A stretch of DNA of 19,645 nucleotides from a virus (Duplodnaviria > Heunggongvirae > Uroviricota > Caudoviricetes). Location: IMG/VR virus record IMGVR_UViG_2579778660_000002; one strand, written 5' to 3'. The notes under the pieces were generated by a model, which saw only the letters and a program-made list of their open reading frames with translations, did not search any database and was not told the origin of the DNA. The translations under genes were made by a program, and so were the position numbers. Numbering within the stretch: the first letter of the stretch is position 1; every line of letters starts with the position of its first letter. Positions 1-7,900 of this stretch are shown piece after piece.

Positions 1-1284
1 TTACTTCTTCGCCTCTGCAACCACTTTACTACCCACGCCGCGGTTATTGTATTCCCACATGCGGTTGTAGTTAGTGTCATTCAGATTGCGCTGTATTTCG
101 TCGTTATCATCTACGCTGCCGGTATTACCCGCAAACGGACGATTAGAGATCACCGCATCGGCCCACGGTTTAGCCGTGTTAAAACCTTCGTTGATGGCGC
201 TATCACGGATCACCACCTGACCGTTGGTATTGGCATCAACATCCAGCGAGCGGCCCAGTTGCGCCACACCATCACCGAAAGCATTGAAACGGCTGTTTAC
301 GGCGAGGAAACCGTAGTAAATGTTGGACAGCGTAGCCGGTGCAAACACATACGCTTCTTGCTGAGTACGTGAGTTCACCACGCGGAATTCGGTGTTATCG
401 AACACCACTGCGCCGCGACCAGAAACGATATCCACATCCCCTTCAATGTAGCTGTTGGTCACCAGCGTACGCGGCTGACGATTCGTTTCCAGACGGTTCT
501 GCACACCGCTGTTGGTGACAAAGAAGGTGTTCTGACGACCGAGAATGTTAACGTTGTTAATCTGTACCTGGTCACCATCAGTACGCAGTGCCACCGCCGG
601 ATGGTTACCTGCATCTACGCTATCGCCCAGCGTGTTTTCGATGGTCAGATTTTGCAGTTGCAGGCCATTGTTTTGTGACCAGAAGACCGCAGAGCAGAGA
701 ACACCGATACTGTCGCTGCGTTTGCTCTGGCAGCTATCGTACATATACCACGCTGGTTTACCTGGCATATATTTGCCGCGCGGGTTGACGTCGTGACGCC
801 AGTCGGCAGGGCTCATGCCACCATCAAGGGAAAGCCCAATCTTCACATCAATCGGTTTTTCACCTGTACCGTACAGAGTAATTCCACCCGGAGCGGCAGG
901 GACATATACCGTTCCCTGATACTCACCAGGCATCACGGCAATATACTGGCGCTTGTTGGTACGCTTGATAATTGCCGCATCTACCGCCGCCTGAATCGTG
1001 GTATGCGTTACACCTTGAGTGCCCGCCGGGCCGACAACAAAGTCAGGTTGCGCAGGCAGGGTAATCGGGGAAGGATTCCACGCTGCTGCACCTGGTGTCA
1101 GGGATGCAAAATAGTGTTGAGCATCGAAATTCTGCGCTTCTTTTGCCGACAGAATCGGGCGAGAAGAGGTACCAGGCGCGGTTTGATCAGAAGGACGTTG
1201 ATCGGGCGGGGTTGAGCTACAGGCGGTCAGCGTCACGCCAAAAGCCAATGCCAGCGCCAGACGGGAAACTGAAAATGTGTTCAC
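1..1284 (-). CDS. ybhC: YbhC, pectinesterase-like outer-membrane lipoprotein (host gene flanking attB-lambda); GTG start
   Basis: 427-aa ORF whose translation matches recalled E. coli YbhC (lipoprotein signal LTAC, pectin-lyase-like repeats); stop at 1-3; start codon at 1282-1284 is GTG on the minus strand. Confidence 0.85.
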   Translation of the reverse strand: MNTFSVSRLALALAFGVTLTACSSTPPDQRPSDQTAPGTSSRPILSAKEAQNFDAQHYFASLTPGAAAWNPSPITLPAQPDFVVGPAGTQGVTHTTIQAAVDAAIIKRTNKRQYIAVMPGEYQGTVYVPAAPGGITLYGTGEKPIDVKIGLSLDGGMSPADWRHDVNPRGKYMPGKPAWYMYDSCQSKRSDSIGVLCSAVFWSQNNGLQLQNLTIENTLGDSVDAGNHPAVALRTDGDQVQINNVNILGRQNTFFVTNSGVQNRLETNRQPRTLVTNSYIEGDVDIVSGRGAVVFDNTEFRVVNSRTQQEAYVFAPATLSNIYYGFLAVNSRFNAFGDGVAQLGRSLDVDANTNGQVVIRDSAINEGFNTAKPWADAVISNRPFAGNTGSVDDNDEIQRNLNDTNYNRMWEYNNRGVGSKVVAEAKK

Positions 1285-1330
1285 AGGTTGCTCCGGGCTA
1301 TGAAATAGAAAAATGAATCCGTTGAAGCCT

Positions 1331-1440
1331 GCTTTTTTATACTAAGTTGGCATTATAAAAAAGCATTGCTTATCAATTTGTTGCAACGAACAGGTCACTA
1401 TCAGTCAAAATAAAATCATTATTTGATTTCAATTTTGTCC
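1331..1440. other. attL: lambda att core GCTTTTTTATACTAA (1331-1345) followed by the lambda attP P' arm
   Basis: Exact 15-bp core directly visible; left flank ...GTTGAAGCCT matches the bacterial B arm of attB, right flank GTTGGCATTATAAAAAAGCATTGCTTATCAATTTGTTGCAACGAACAGGTCACTATCAGTCAAAATAAAATCATTATTTGATTTC matches recalled lambda P' arm (Int arm-type and IHF sites). Confidence 0.9.
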
Positions 1441-2489
1441 CACTCCCTGCCTCTGTCATCACGATACTGTGATGCCATGGTGTCCGACTTATGCCCGAGA
1501 AGATGTTGAGCAAACTTATCGCTTATCTGCTTCTCATAGAGTCTTGCAGACAAACTGCGCAACTCGTGAAAGGTAGGCGGATCCCCTTCGAAGGAAAGAC
1601 CTGATGCTTTTCGTGCGCGCATAAAATACCTTGATACTGTGCCGGATGAAAGCGGTTCGCGACGAGTAGATGCAATTATGGTTTCTCCGCCAAGAATCTC
1701 TTTGCATTTATCAAGTGTTTCCTTCATTGATATTCCGAGAGCATCAACATGCAATGCTGTTGGGATGGCAATTTTTACGCCTGTTTTGCTTTGCTCGACA
1801 TAAAGATATCCATCTACGATATCAGACCACTTCATTTCGCATAAATCACCAACTCGCTGCCCGGTAACAACAGCCAGTTCCATTGCAAGTCTAAGCCAAC
1901 ATGGTGATGATTCTGCTGCTTGATAAATTTTCAGGTATTCGTCAGCCGTAAGTCTTGATCTCCTTACCTCTGATTTTGCAGCGCGAGTGGCTGCGACCGG
2001 GTTTGTTGTTATATGGCCTTCAGCTATAGCCTCTCGGAATGCATCGCTCAGTGTTGATCTGATTAACTTGGCTGATGCCGCCTTGCCCTCGTCTATGTAT
2101 CCATTGAGCATTGCCGCAATTTCTTTTGTGGTGATGTCTTCAAGTGGAGCATCAGGCAGACCCCTCCTTATTGCTTTAATTTTGCTCATGTAATTTATGA
2201 GTGTCTTCTGCTTGATTCCTCTGCTGGCCAGGATTTTTTCGTAGCGATCAAGCCATGAATGTAACGTAACGGAATTATCACTGTTGATTCTCGCTGTCAG
2301 AGGCTTGTGTTTGTGTCCTGAAAATAACTCAATGTTGGCCTGTATAGCTTCAGTGATTGCGATTCGCCTGTCTCGGCCTAATCCAAACTCTTTACCCGTC
2401 CTTGGGTCCCTGTAGCAGTAATATCCATTGTTTCTTATATAAAGGTTAGGGGGTAAATCCCGGCGCTCATGACTTCGCCTTCTTCCCAT
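1419..2489 (-). CDS. int: Lambda integrase (tyrosine recombinase)
   Basis: 356-aa translation (MGRRRSHERRDLPPNLYIRNNGYYCYRDPRTGKEF...HLLGHKSDTMASQYRDDRGREWDKIEIK) matches recalled lambda Int almost residue for residue; ATG at 2487-2489; 3' end overlaps P' arm as in lambda. Confidence 0.95.
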   Translation of the reverse strand: MGRRRSHERRDLPPNLYIRNNGYYCYRDPRTGKEFGLGRDRRIAITEAIQANIELFSGHKHKPLTARINSDNSVTLHSWLDRYEKILASRGIKQKTLINYMSKIKAIRRGLPDAPLEDITTKEIAAMLNGYIDEGKAASAKLIRSTLSDAFREAIAEGHITTNPVAATRAAKSEVRRSRLTADEYLKIYQAAESSPCWLRLAMELAVVTGQRVGDLCEMKWSDIVDGYLYVEQSKTGVKIAIPTALHVDALGISMKETLDKCKEILGGETIIASTRREPLSSGTVSRYFMRARKASGLSFEGDPPTFHELRSLSARLYEKQISDKFAQHLLGHKSDTMASQYRDDRGREWDKIEIK

Positions 2490-2685
2490 TTCTGATCCTC
2501 TTCAAAAGGCTACCTGTTACTGGTCGATTTAAGTCAACCTTTACCGCTGATTCGTGGAACAGATACTCTCTTCCATCCTTAACCGGAGGAGGGAATATCC
2601 TGCACTCGCGTACCCATCGACGAACTGTTTCAAGGCTTCTTGGGCGTCGCTGGCGTGCGTTCCACTCCTGAAGTGTCAAGTACAT
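2467..2685 (-). CDS. xis: Lambda excisionase
   Basis: 72-aa translation MYLTLQEWNARQRRPRSLETVRRWVRECRIFPPPVKDGREYLFHESAVKVDLNRP... matches recalled lambda Xis; overlaps int start by 23 nt as in lambda; ATG at 2683-2685. Confidence 0.93.
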   Translation of the reverse strand: MYLTLQEWNARQRRPRSLETVRRWVRECRIFPPPVKDGREYLFHESAVKVDLNRPVTGSLLKRIRNGKKAKS

Positions 2686-2710
2686 CGCAAAGTCTCCGCA
2701 ATTACACGCA

Positions 2711-2733
2711 AGAAAAAACCGCCATCAGGCGGC
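2711..2733 (-). terminator. Intrinsic-terminator-like hairpin with U-tract on the minus strand, upstream of xis (tL3-like position)
   Basis: CCGCC/GGCGG stem with 4-nt loop (2719-2732); read on minus strand it is followed by TTTTTT (plus-strand A6 at 2712-2717). Confidence 0.4.
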
Positions 2734-2892
2734 TTGGTGTTCTTTCAGTTCTTCAATTCGAATATTGGTTACGTCTGCATGTGCTATCTGCGCCCACAGC
2801 ATCCAGTGGTCATAGCAGTCGCTGATGTTCTCGGCTTCGATAACTCTGTTGAATGGTTCTCCATTCCATTCACCTGTAACTCGGAAGTGCAT
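2725..2892 (-). CDS. Possible small ORF (55 aa) between ea8.5-like gene and xis
   Basis: ATG at 2890-2892, open to TGA at 2725-2727 (MHFRVTGEWNGEPFNRVIEAENISDCYDHWMLWAQ...); no convincing Shine-Dalgarno; below ORF-track size cut-off. Confidence 0.25.
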   Translation of the reverse strand: MHFRVTGEWNGEPFNRVIEAENISDCYDHWMLWAQIAHADVTNIRIEELKEHQAA

Positions 2893-2980
2893 TTATCATC
2901 GCCATAAAACAAAACTCGCCGTAGCGAGTTCAGATAAAAGAAATCCCCGCGAGTGCGAGGATAGTTACTTGTTCATATTA

Positions 2981-3262
2981 TTAATCGTCAATGTATTTTG
3001 AGCATTGTGGGCAATCATCGATCCCACAATACGATTCATATGCATCCTTTATTGCGTCGCGGGCTTCAGTAAGAGTATTGAATAAGTTGCAGCTATTATC
3101 TTTTTGATATAGGTAAGTTCCTAATTTATAAGCAGAAGAAGCATCATTTCCGCTGTCTAAAATTACATCGTTATGGATTCTGCACCTTGCAAGAACTCCT
3201 GATCCCATAAGGGTCTGCATAGCCCATTGCTCTTGATCTTCACACAAATCATGAATGCTCAT
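2981..3262 (-). CDS. Ea8.5-like small Cys-rich (zinc-finger-like) phage protein, 93 aa from ATG
   Basis: ORF-track frame starts at a GTG (3280), but an ATG at 3260-3262 preceded by AGAGAGG gives a 93-aa product, the length of lambda Ea8.5; position immediately after xis; Cys pattern including CPQC near the C-terminus. Homology not verified by search. Confidence 0.55.
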   Translation of the reverse strand: MSIHDLCEDQEQWAMQTLMGSGVLARCRIHNDVILDSGNDASSAYKLGTYLYQKDNSCNLFNTLTEARDAIKDAYESYCGIDDCPQCSKYIDD

Positions 3263-3376
3263 TTCAACACCTCTCTTCACGTTTCACACACGTTAAGATT
3301 AACAGTGTTTTTACATGCTTTGGGAGATTTATTTTATAAAAACTCTTTTAATACAAATAGATATAATAGTTCACTA

Positions 3377-4174
3377 TTATAGCTCCTTTAATCGAGGCGG
3401 TTCTGGTAGAGGCATCCAGTGGGTTACACCGCCAATTGGCTCATCGTCGTCGTACTCCAATGCGGCTATATAGAACCCGTCACGACGAGAATAAGAAATC
3501 CCGGACATTACAATGCCATCCGAAACAACAATAATGTCACCCGTTTCTTTCGGCATTCGCTCACTACAGCTTATCCAACCATCCGGAGTCACCGGAAGCG
3601 AGAACGGCAGCACATCTCTGTGAACAAGTTTTTGCTGTGACAGGTTATCCAGAACTTTCTGTACTGCTGCATCACCGAATACACCAAGCGCATCTGCCAT
3701 AACTCCTACAACCTGATAAGCCTCAGCGCATACCGTGGATAAACCATCCGGAATTACCGGAGAGTTGCCGGGTTCTTTAATGTGCAAGCGAGGCTCACCA
3801 TCTTTTGGTTCAGGCCACTGGCGCTCCATGTTGATCTTCAATTTATCTTCCATAGCAGCGGTAATTTCAGCATCGCTGATGCCAGCACGGCGCTGTGCAT
3901 CCCACAACAGGAAATGCATATCAGCCCACTCGCTGAGATCGTCTGGTTCGGCTGCGGCTTCCAGAGCCTCTTTTGAGAGGTGTTTCAGTGGACCAATGGG
4001 GCCAACGCAGCCAAATGTGGAGTCAGACCATTTGGCATGCTCGTGGCGAATCAGTTCGCGTTCCAGTGATGCCAGTGCAATTCGTGCCAGTTCCATTTGT
4101 TCGCCACGAGTAAGCCCGTTTTCAAGCGGATTTTTAATGAACAATTCAATACGTTCTTTGGTAATAGTGGTCAT
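3377..4174 (-). CDS. Phage protein with N-terminal MazG-like (DUF550-type) nucleotide pyrophosphohydrolase domain and C-terminal DUF551-type domain
   Basis: 265-aa ORF, ATG at 4172-4174 with AAGGA upstream; N-terminal all-alpha region with acidic cluster EALEAAAEPDDLSEWAD typical of MazG-like NTP-PPases; C-terminal ...GGVTHWMPLPEPP typical of DUF551 as recalled. Family assignment from memory. Confidence 0.6.
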   Translation of the reverse strand: MTTITKERIELFIKNPLENGLTRGEQMELARIALASLERELIRHEHAKWSDSTFGCVGPIGPLKHLSKEALEAAAEPDDLSEWADMHFLLWDAQRRAGISDAEITAAMEDKLKINMERQWPEPKDGEPRLHIKEPGNSPVIPDGLSTVCAEAYQVVGVMADALGVFGDAAVQKVLDNLSQQKLVHRDVLPFSLPVTPDGWISCSERMPKETGDIIVVSDGIVMSGISYSRRDGFYIAALEYDDDEPIGGVTHWMPLPEPPRLKEL

Positions 4175-4184
4175 TTGTTAGTCC

Positions 4185-4940
4185 TTAAACTGCTAGTTGC
4201 AATTGCATTTCAAAGCGGTCGCGTTGTTCACAATACGCAAGAGAACCAGGGCTATTGTGTGCCTCAATCCGTTCTACCATTAATGCTGCGCGTGTCTCTT
4301 TACTTGCAGGTGCATAAGCCCCAGACCAGGCTTTATCAATACCGATGTTTCGAGCGACGTTCGTACTATCTGCGCTGGCTAAGGGTAATTTTGTGAATAT
4401 CAGCGGATTTAACATGCGCAATCCATGTAGTTTCGTAACCGGCTGACCATGCCCATCAACAATGTGACGAATCAGGTCTTTCATTCTGGCTACCGCAAGA
4501 GTTGGGCGCTTTACGTCATAGTCGCCACAACTACCGATAGCCACTCGCGGAAACTCATTGCACAAATGAATAAATCGCGCGTCACTTTCATTCATGTGCC
4601 ACACTGGAACGCCAGCTAGTTTTCCGTGAGGCCACTCATTCAGAAGCGCATCATTTTCCTCCTCTCCGCCATCAATAATATCCGGGATAATGGCAAAATC
4701 GAATCCTGGGTGATTCTTCCAGCGAGCAACAAACTCGTAGTAATCGCTCCAGTCGATTTTGTTTTTGCCAGCTGCTTTCCAGGCGGTGAATGCACCGTTG
4801 TCCAGCGCGAACGACTGACAGTATTCAGCCGCGAGATTGATCTGGCCTGAATGCGCAAAACTGATAAACGCATGTCGCCCTTTCCATGCTCTCATTGCGC
4901 ACGTATCAGGAGTAATAGGCCCACCGTGGTAGTGAATCAT
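4185..4940 (-). CDS. Hypothetical protein with tRNA-guanine-transglycosylase-like (DpdA-like) motifs, 251 aa from the internal ATG
   Basis: ORF-track start at 4982 overlaps upstream gene by 41 nt; ATG at 4938-4940 is preceded by AAGGAGAG and sits 1 nt after the upstream stop. Ordered motifs LDNGAF, AIGSCGD, LHGLRMLNP, TNVARNIG resemble TGT motifs DSGGF, AVGG, LMGVGKP, PTRNARNG; no C-terminal zinc motif. Confidence 0.55.
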   Translation of the reverse strand: MIHYHGGPITPDTCAMRAWKGRHAFISFAHSGQINLAAEYCQSFALDNGAFTAWKAAGKNKIDWSDYYEFVARWKNHPGFDFAIIPDIIDGGEEENDALLNEWPHGKLAGVPVWHMNESDARFIHLCNEFPRVAIGSCGDYDVKRPTLAVARMKDLIRHIVDGHGQPVTKLHGLRMLNPLIFTKLPLASADSTNVARNIGIDKAWSGAYAPASKETRAALMVERIEAHNSPGSLAYCEQRDRFEMQLQLAV

Positions 4941-4941
4941 C

Positions 4942-5349
4942 TCACTCTCCTTTGATGCGAATGCCAGTAGCGCGGATTGCATCGATGACTTCAGAAACTT
5001 TGTATGCCATTACCGTTTGGTAATCATCGTGAAAATCTGTTCGATGAAGCATGCTGCTACGTTCCGGGAGCAGTATTTCCCGCGCTTCCAGTTCTGCAAT
5101 GCGCTTTTTTGCTGCTTCCAGTTCATCCAGTAATTCCAGCACGGTAGCCGGATTAGCCTTGGCAACAAAATCCCGGACTGGCTTACAATCAATCTCCGCA
5201 ATGGGTTGATTCGATGTGTAGCCATGCTGTCTTGTATAACTACCGTGACGAATAACGAAAAAATCACCATTTATTTTTTTAGCCTGCCACTTATCTTCAC
5301 CGGCTTTCTCTGCCGCTTCACGCAGTGCCTGAGAGTTAATTTCGCTCAC
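4942..5349 (-). CDS. Ead/Ea22-like phage protein (GTG start, coupled to upstream stop)
   Basis: 135-aa ORF; start GTG at 5347-5349 overlapping the TGA of the upstream gene (GTGA), GAGAGG 8 nt upstream; coiled-coil segment NPATVLELLDELEAAKKRIAELEAR as in Ea22-like proteins. Confidence 0.6.
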   Translation of the reverse strand: MSEINSQALREAAEKAGEDKWQAKKINGDFFVIRHGSYTRQHGYTSNQPIAEIDCKPVRDFVAKANPATVLELLDELEAAKKRIAELEAREILLPERSSMLHRTDFHDDYQTVMAYKVSEVIDAIRATGIRIKGE

Positions 5350-5567
5350 TTCGAACCTCTCTGTTTACTGATAAGCTCCAGATCCTCCTGGCAACTTGCA
5401 CAAGTCCGACAACCCTGAACGACCAGGCGTCTTCGTTCATCTATCGGATCGCCACACTCACAACAATGAGTGGCAGATACAGTCTGGTAGTTCAGACGAC
5501 GCATTTTTATTGCTGTGTTGCGCTGTAATTCTTCAATTTCTGATGCTGAATCAATGATGTCTGCCAT
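5346..5567 (-). CDS. TraR/DksA-family C4 zinc-finger protein (lambda Orf73-like)
   Basis: 73-aa ORF with CxxC...CxxC (CCECGDPIDERRRLVVQGCRTCASCQ), the size and motif of TraR-like phage proteins; ATG at 5565-5567. Confidence 0.7.
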   Translation of the reverse strand: MADIIDSASEIEELQRNTAIKMRRLNYQTVSATHCCECGDPIDERRRLVVQGCRTCASCQEDLELISKQRGSK

Positions 5568-5665
5568 CTTCCATTAATCCCTGAATTGTTGGTTAATACG
5601 CTTGAGGGTGAATGCGAATAATAAAAAAGGAGCCTGTAGCTCCCTGATGATTTTGCTTTTCATGT

Positions 5666-5947
5666 TCATCGTTCCTTAAAGACGCCGTTTAACATGCCGA
5701 TTGCCAGGCTTAAATGAGTCGGTGTGAATCCCATCAGCGTTACCGTTTCGCGGTGCTTCTTCAGTACGCTACGGCAAATGTCATCGACGTTTTTATCCGG
5801 AAACTGCTGTCTGGCTTTTTTGATTTCAGAATTAGCCTGACGGGCAATGCTGCGAAGGGCGTTTTCCTGCTGAGGTGTCATTGAACAAGTCCCATGTCGG
5901 CAAGCATAAGCACACAGAATATGAAGCCCGCTGCCAGAAAAATGCAT
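5666..5947 (-). CDS. Hypothetical small protein (93 aa from ATG 5947, or 71 aa from ATG 5881)
   Basis: Open frame with two candidate ATG starts, neither with a strong Shine-Dalgarno; occupies the position of lambda orf60a but no recognisable similarity. Confidence 0.4.
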   Translation of the reverse strand: MHFSGSGLHILCAYACRHGTCSMTPQQENALRSIARQANSEIKKARQQFPDKNVDDICRSVLKKHRETVTLMGFTPTHLSLAIGMLNGVFKER

Positions 5948-5957
5948 TCAGTGGTTG

Positions 5958-6149
5958 TCATACCTGGTCTCTCTCATCTGCTTCTGCTTTCGCCACCATC
6001 ATTTCCAGCTTTTGTGAAAGGGATGCGGCTAACGTGTGAAATTCTTCGTCTGTTTCTACTGGTATTGGCACAAACCTGACTCCAATTTGAGCGAGGCTAT
6101 GTGCCATCTCGATACTCGTTCTTAACTCAACGGGAGATGCTTTGTGCAT
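5958..6149 (-). CDS. Small phage protein, 63 aa (lambda orf63-like by position and length)
   Basis: ATG at 6147-6149 gives 63 aa; overlaps the upstream 63-aa ORF by 28 nt, the same overlap geometry as lambda orf61/orf63; ORF-track start at 6164 would run through the G9 tract. Confidence 0.5.
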   Translation of the reverse strand: MHKASPVELRTSIEMAHSLAQIGVRFVPIPVETDEEFHTLAASLSQKLEMMVAKAEADERDQV

Positions 6150-6313
6150 ACAGCCCCCCCCCATTTATTATTTATCTCCTCAGCCAGCCGCTGTGCTTTC
6201 AGGGGATTTCGGATTACAGAAAGGCCGGGAAATACCCAGCCTCGCTTTGTAACGGAGTAGACGAAAGTGATTGCGCCTACCCGGATATTATCGTGAGGAT
6301 GCGTCATCGCCAT
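6122..6313 (-). CDS. Small phage protein, 63 aa (lambda orf61-like by position), start overlapping exo stop
   Basis: ATG at 6311-6313; overlaps exo 3' end by 10 nt; ends just after the homopolymer tract. Confidence 0.5.
   Translation of the reverse strand: MAMTHPHDNIRVGAITFVYSVTKRGWVFPGLSVIRNPLKAQRLAEEINNKWGGAVCTKHLPLS
6154..6162. repeat. Homopolymer tract C9 (G9 on the coding strand) in the overlap of two small minus-strand ORFs
   Basis: Nine consecutive C at 6154-6162; lies at the frame switch between ORFs 6122..6313 and 5958..6149/6164. Confidence 0.9.
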
Positions 6314-6984
6314 TGCTCCCCAAATACAAAACCAATTTCAGCCAGTGCCTCGTCCATTTTTTCGATGAACTCCGGCACCATCTCGTCAAAACTCGCCATG
6401 TACTTTTCATTCCGCTCAATCACGACATAATGCAGGCCTTCACGCTTCATGCGCGGGTCATAGTTGGCAAAGTACCAGGCATCTTTTCGCGTCACCCACA
6501 TGCTGTACTGCACCTGGGCCATGTAAGCCGATTTTATTGCCTCGAAACCACCGAGCCGGAATTTCATGAAATCCCGGGAGGTAAACGGGCATTTCAGTTC
6601 AAGGCCGTTGCCGTCACTGCATAAACCATCGGGAGAGCAGGCGGTGCGCATATTTTCGTCGCGATAGATGATCGGGGATTCAGTAATATTCACGCCGGAA
6701 GTGAATTCAAACAGGGTTCTGGCGTCGTTCTCGTACTGTTTTCCCCAGGCCAGCGCCTTAGCATTAACTTCCGGAGCCACACCGGTGCAAACCTCAGCCA
6801 GCAGGGTGTGGAAGTAGGACATTTTCATGTCAGGCCACTTCTTTCCTGAGCGGGGCTTTGCTATCACGTTGTGAACTTCTGAAGCGGTGATGACGCCGAG
6901 CCGTAATTTGTGCCATGCATCATCCCCCTGTTCGACAGCTCTCACGTCGATCCCGGTACGCTGCAGGATAATGTCCGGTGTCAT
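6304..6984 (-). CDS. exo: Lambda exonuclease (Red-alpha)
   Basis: 226-aa translation [65 protein letters not shown]... matches recalled lambda Exo with a few substitutions; ATGA overlap with bet stop. Confidence 0.95.
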   Translation of the reverse strand: MTPDIILQRTGIDVRAVEQGDDAWHKLRLGVITASEVHNVIAKPRSGKKWPDMKMSYFHTLLAEVCTGVAPEVNAKALAWGKQYENDARTLFEFTSGVNITESPIIYRDENMRTACSPDGLCSDGNGLELKCPFTSRDFMKFRLGGFEAIKSAYMAQVQYSMWVTRKDAWYFANYDPRMKREGLHYVVIERNEKYMASFDEMVPEFIEKMDEALAEIGFVFGEQWR

Positions 6985-7184
6985 GCTGCCACCTTCTGCT
7001 CAGTGGCTTTCTGTTTAAGGAATCCAAGAGCTTTCACTGCTTCGGCCTGTGTCAGTTCTGACGATGCGCGAATGTCGCGGCGAAATATCTGGGAACAGAG
7101 CGGCAATAAGTCGTCATCCCATGTTTTATCCAGGGCGATCAGCAGAGTGTTAATCTCCTGCATGGTTTCATCGTTAAGGGGGGT
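6981..7184 (-). pseudogene. bet: bet (Red-beta) 3' fragment: only the C-terminal ~60-68 codons remain
   Basis: Translation [67 protein letters not shown] matches the lambda Bet C-terminus; in-frame stop immediately upstream of the homology; no gam between bet and kil. Confidence 0.85.
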
Positions 7185-7326
7185 AGTGAATGCTTTTGCT
7201 TGATCTCAGTTTCAGTATTAATATCCATTTTTTATAAGCGTCGACGGCCTCACGAAACATCTTTTCATCGCCAATAAAAGTGGCGATAGTGAATTTAGTC
7301 TGGATAGCCATAAGTGTTTGATCCAT
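7174..7326 (-). CDS. kil: Kil (host division inhibitor) homologue, 50 aa; C-terminus probably altered by the bet-gam deletion
   Basis: ATG at 7324-7326 lies inside the 3' end of cIII in the lambda kil/cIII overlap arrangement; MDQTLMAIQTKFTIATFIGDEKMFREAVDAYKKWILILK...; ORF-track frame 7174..7452 is the same frame with a spurious N-terminal extension. Confidence 0.7.
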   Translation of the reverse strand: MDQTLMAIQTKFTIATFIGDEKMFREAVDAYKKWILILKLRSSKSIHYPP

Positions 7327-7459
7327 TTTTTGGGACTCCTGGCTGATTAAGTATGTCGATAAGGCGTTTCCATCCGTCACGTAATTTACGGGTGATTCGT
7401 TCAAGTAAAGATTCGGAAGGGCAGCCAGCAACAGGCCACCCTGCAATGGCATATTGCAT
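7295..7459 (-). CDS. cIII: CIII (FtsH/HflB inhibitor), 54 aa
   Basis: Hand translation of minus strand from ATG 7457-7459: MQYAIAGWPVAGCPSESLLERITRKLRDGWKRLIDILNQPGVPKNGSNTYGYPD*, matching recalled lambda CIII; absent from ORF track because under 60 aa. Confidence 0.85.
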   Translation of the reverse strand: MQYAIAGWPVAGCPSESLLERITRKLRDGWKRLIDILNQPGVPKNGSNTYGYPD

Positions 7460-7531
7460 GGTGTGCTCCTTATTTATACATAACGAAAAACGCCTCGAGT
7501 GAAGCGTTATTGGTATGCGGTAACGCCGCGC

Positions 7532-7900
7532 TCAGGCGGCTTTGATAGTCATATCATCTGGATCAAATATTCCTGATGTATCGATATCGGTAATTCTTAT
7601 TCCTTCGCTACCATCCATTGGAGGCCATCCTTCCTGACCATTTCCATCATTCCAGTCGAACTCACACACAACACCATATGCATTTAAGTCGCTTGAAATT
7701 GCTATAAGCAGAGCATGTTGCGCCAGCATGATTAATACAGCATTTAATACAGAGCCGTGTTTATTGAGTCGGTATTCAGAGTCTGACCAGAAATTATTAA
7801 TCTGGTGAAGTTTTTCCTCTGTCATTACGTCATGATCGATTTCAATTTCTATTGATGCTTTCCAGTCGTAATCAATGATGTATTTTTTGATGTTTGACAT
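7532..7900 (-). CDS. Ea10-like protein, 122 aa (lambda position between cIII and ral)
   Basis: ATG at 7898-7900 with GAGGA 10 nt upstream; gene order cIII-ea10-ral as in lambda; identity inferred from position and length only. Confidence 0.55.
   Translation of the reverse strand: MSNIKKYIIDYDWKASIEIEIDHDVMTEEKLHQINNFWSDSEYRLNKHGSVLNAVLIMLAQHALLIAISSDLNAYGVVCEFDWNDGNGQEGWPPMDGSEGIRITDIDTSGIFDPDDMTIKAA

Noticed and set aside
545-1316. Plus-strand ORFs 545..796, 588..788, 793..1215 and 1095..1316
   Set aside because: All lie antisense within the well-supported ybhC coding region; no RBS or recognisable protein features.
2554-2907. Plus-strand ORFs 2554..2907 and 2640..2825
   Set aside because: Antisense to xis and to the xis-ea8.5 intergenic region; composition-driven open frames.
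3419-4181. Plus-strand ORFs 3419..3640, 3735..4181 and 3782..3976
   Set aside because: Antisense to the 265-aa DUF550/DUF551 gene; low-complexity translations.
7174-7452. 92-aa form of the kil-frame ORF (MPLQGG...)
   Set aside because: The N-terminal 42 codons overlap cIII in another frame and have no start signal; the real gene is the 50-aa Kil from ATG 7326 plus the separately encoded CIII.
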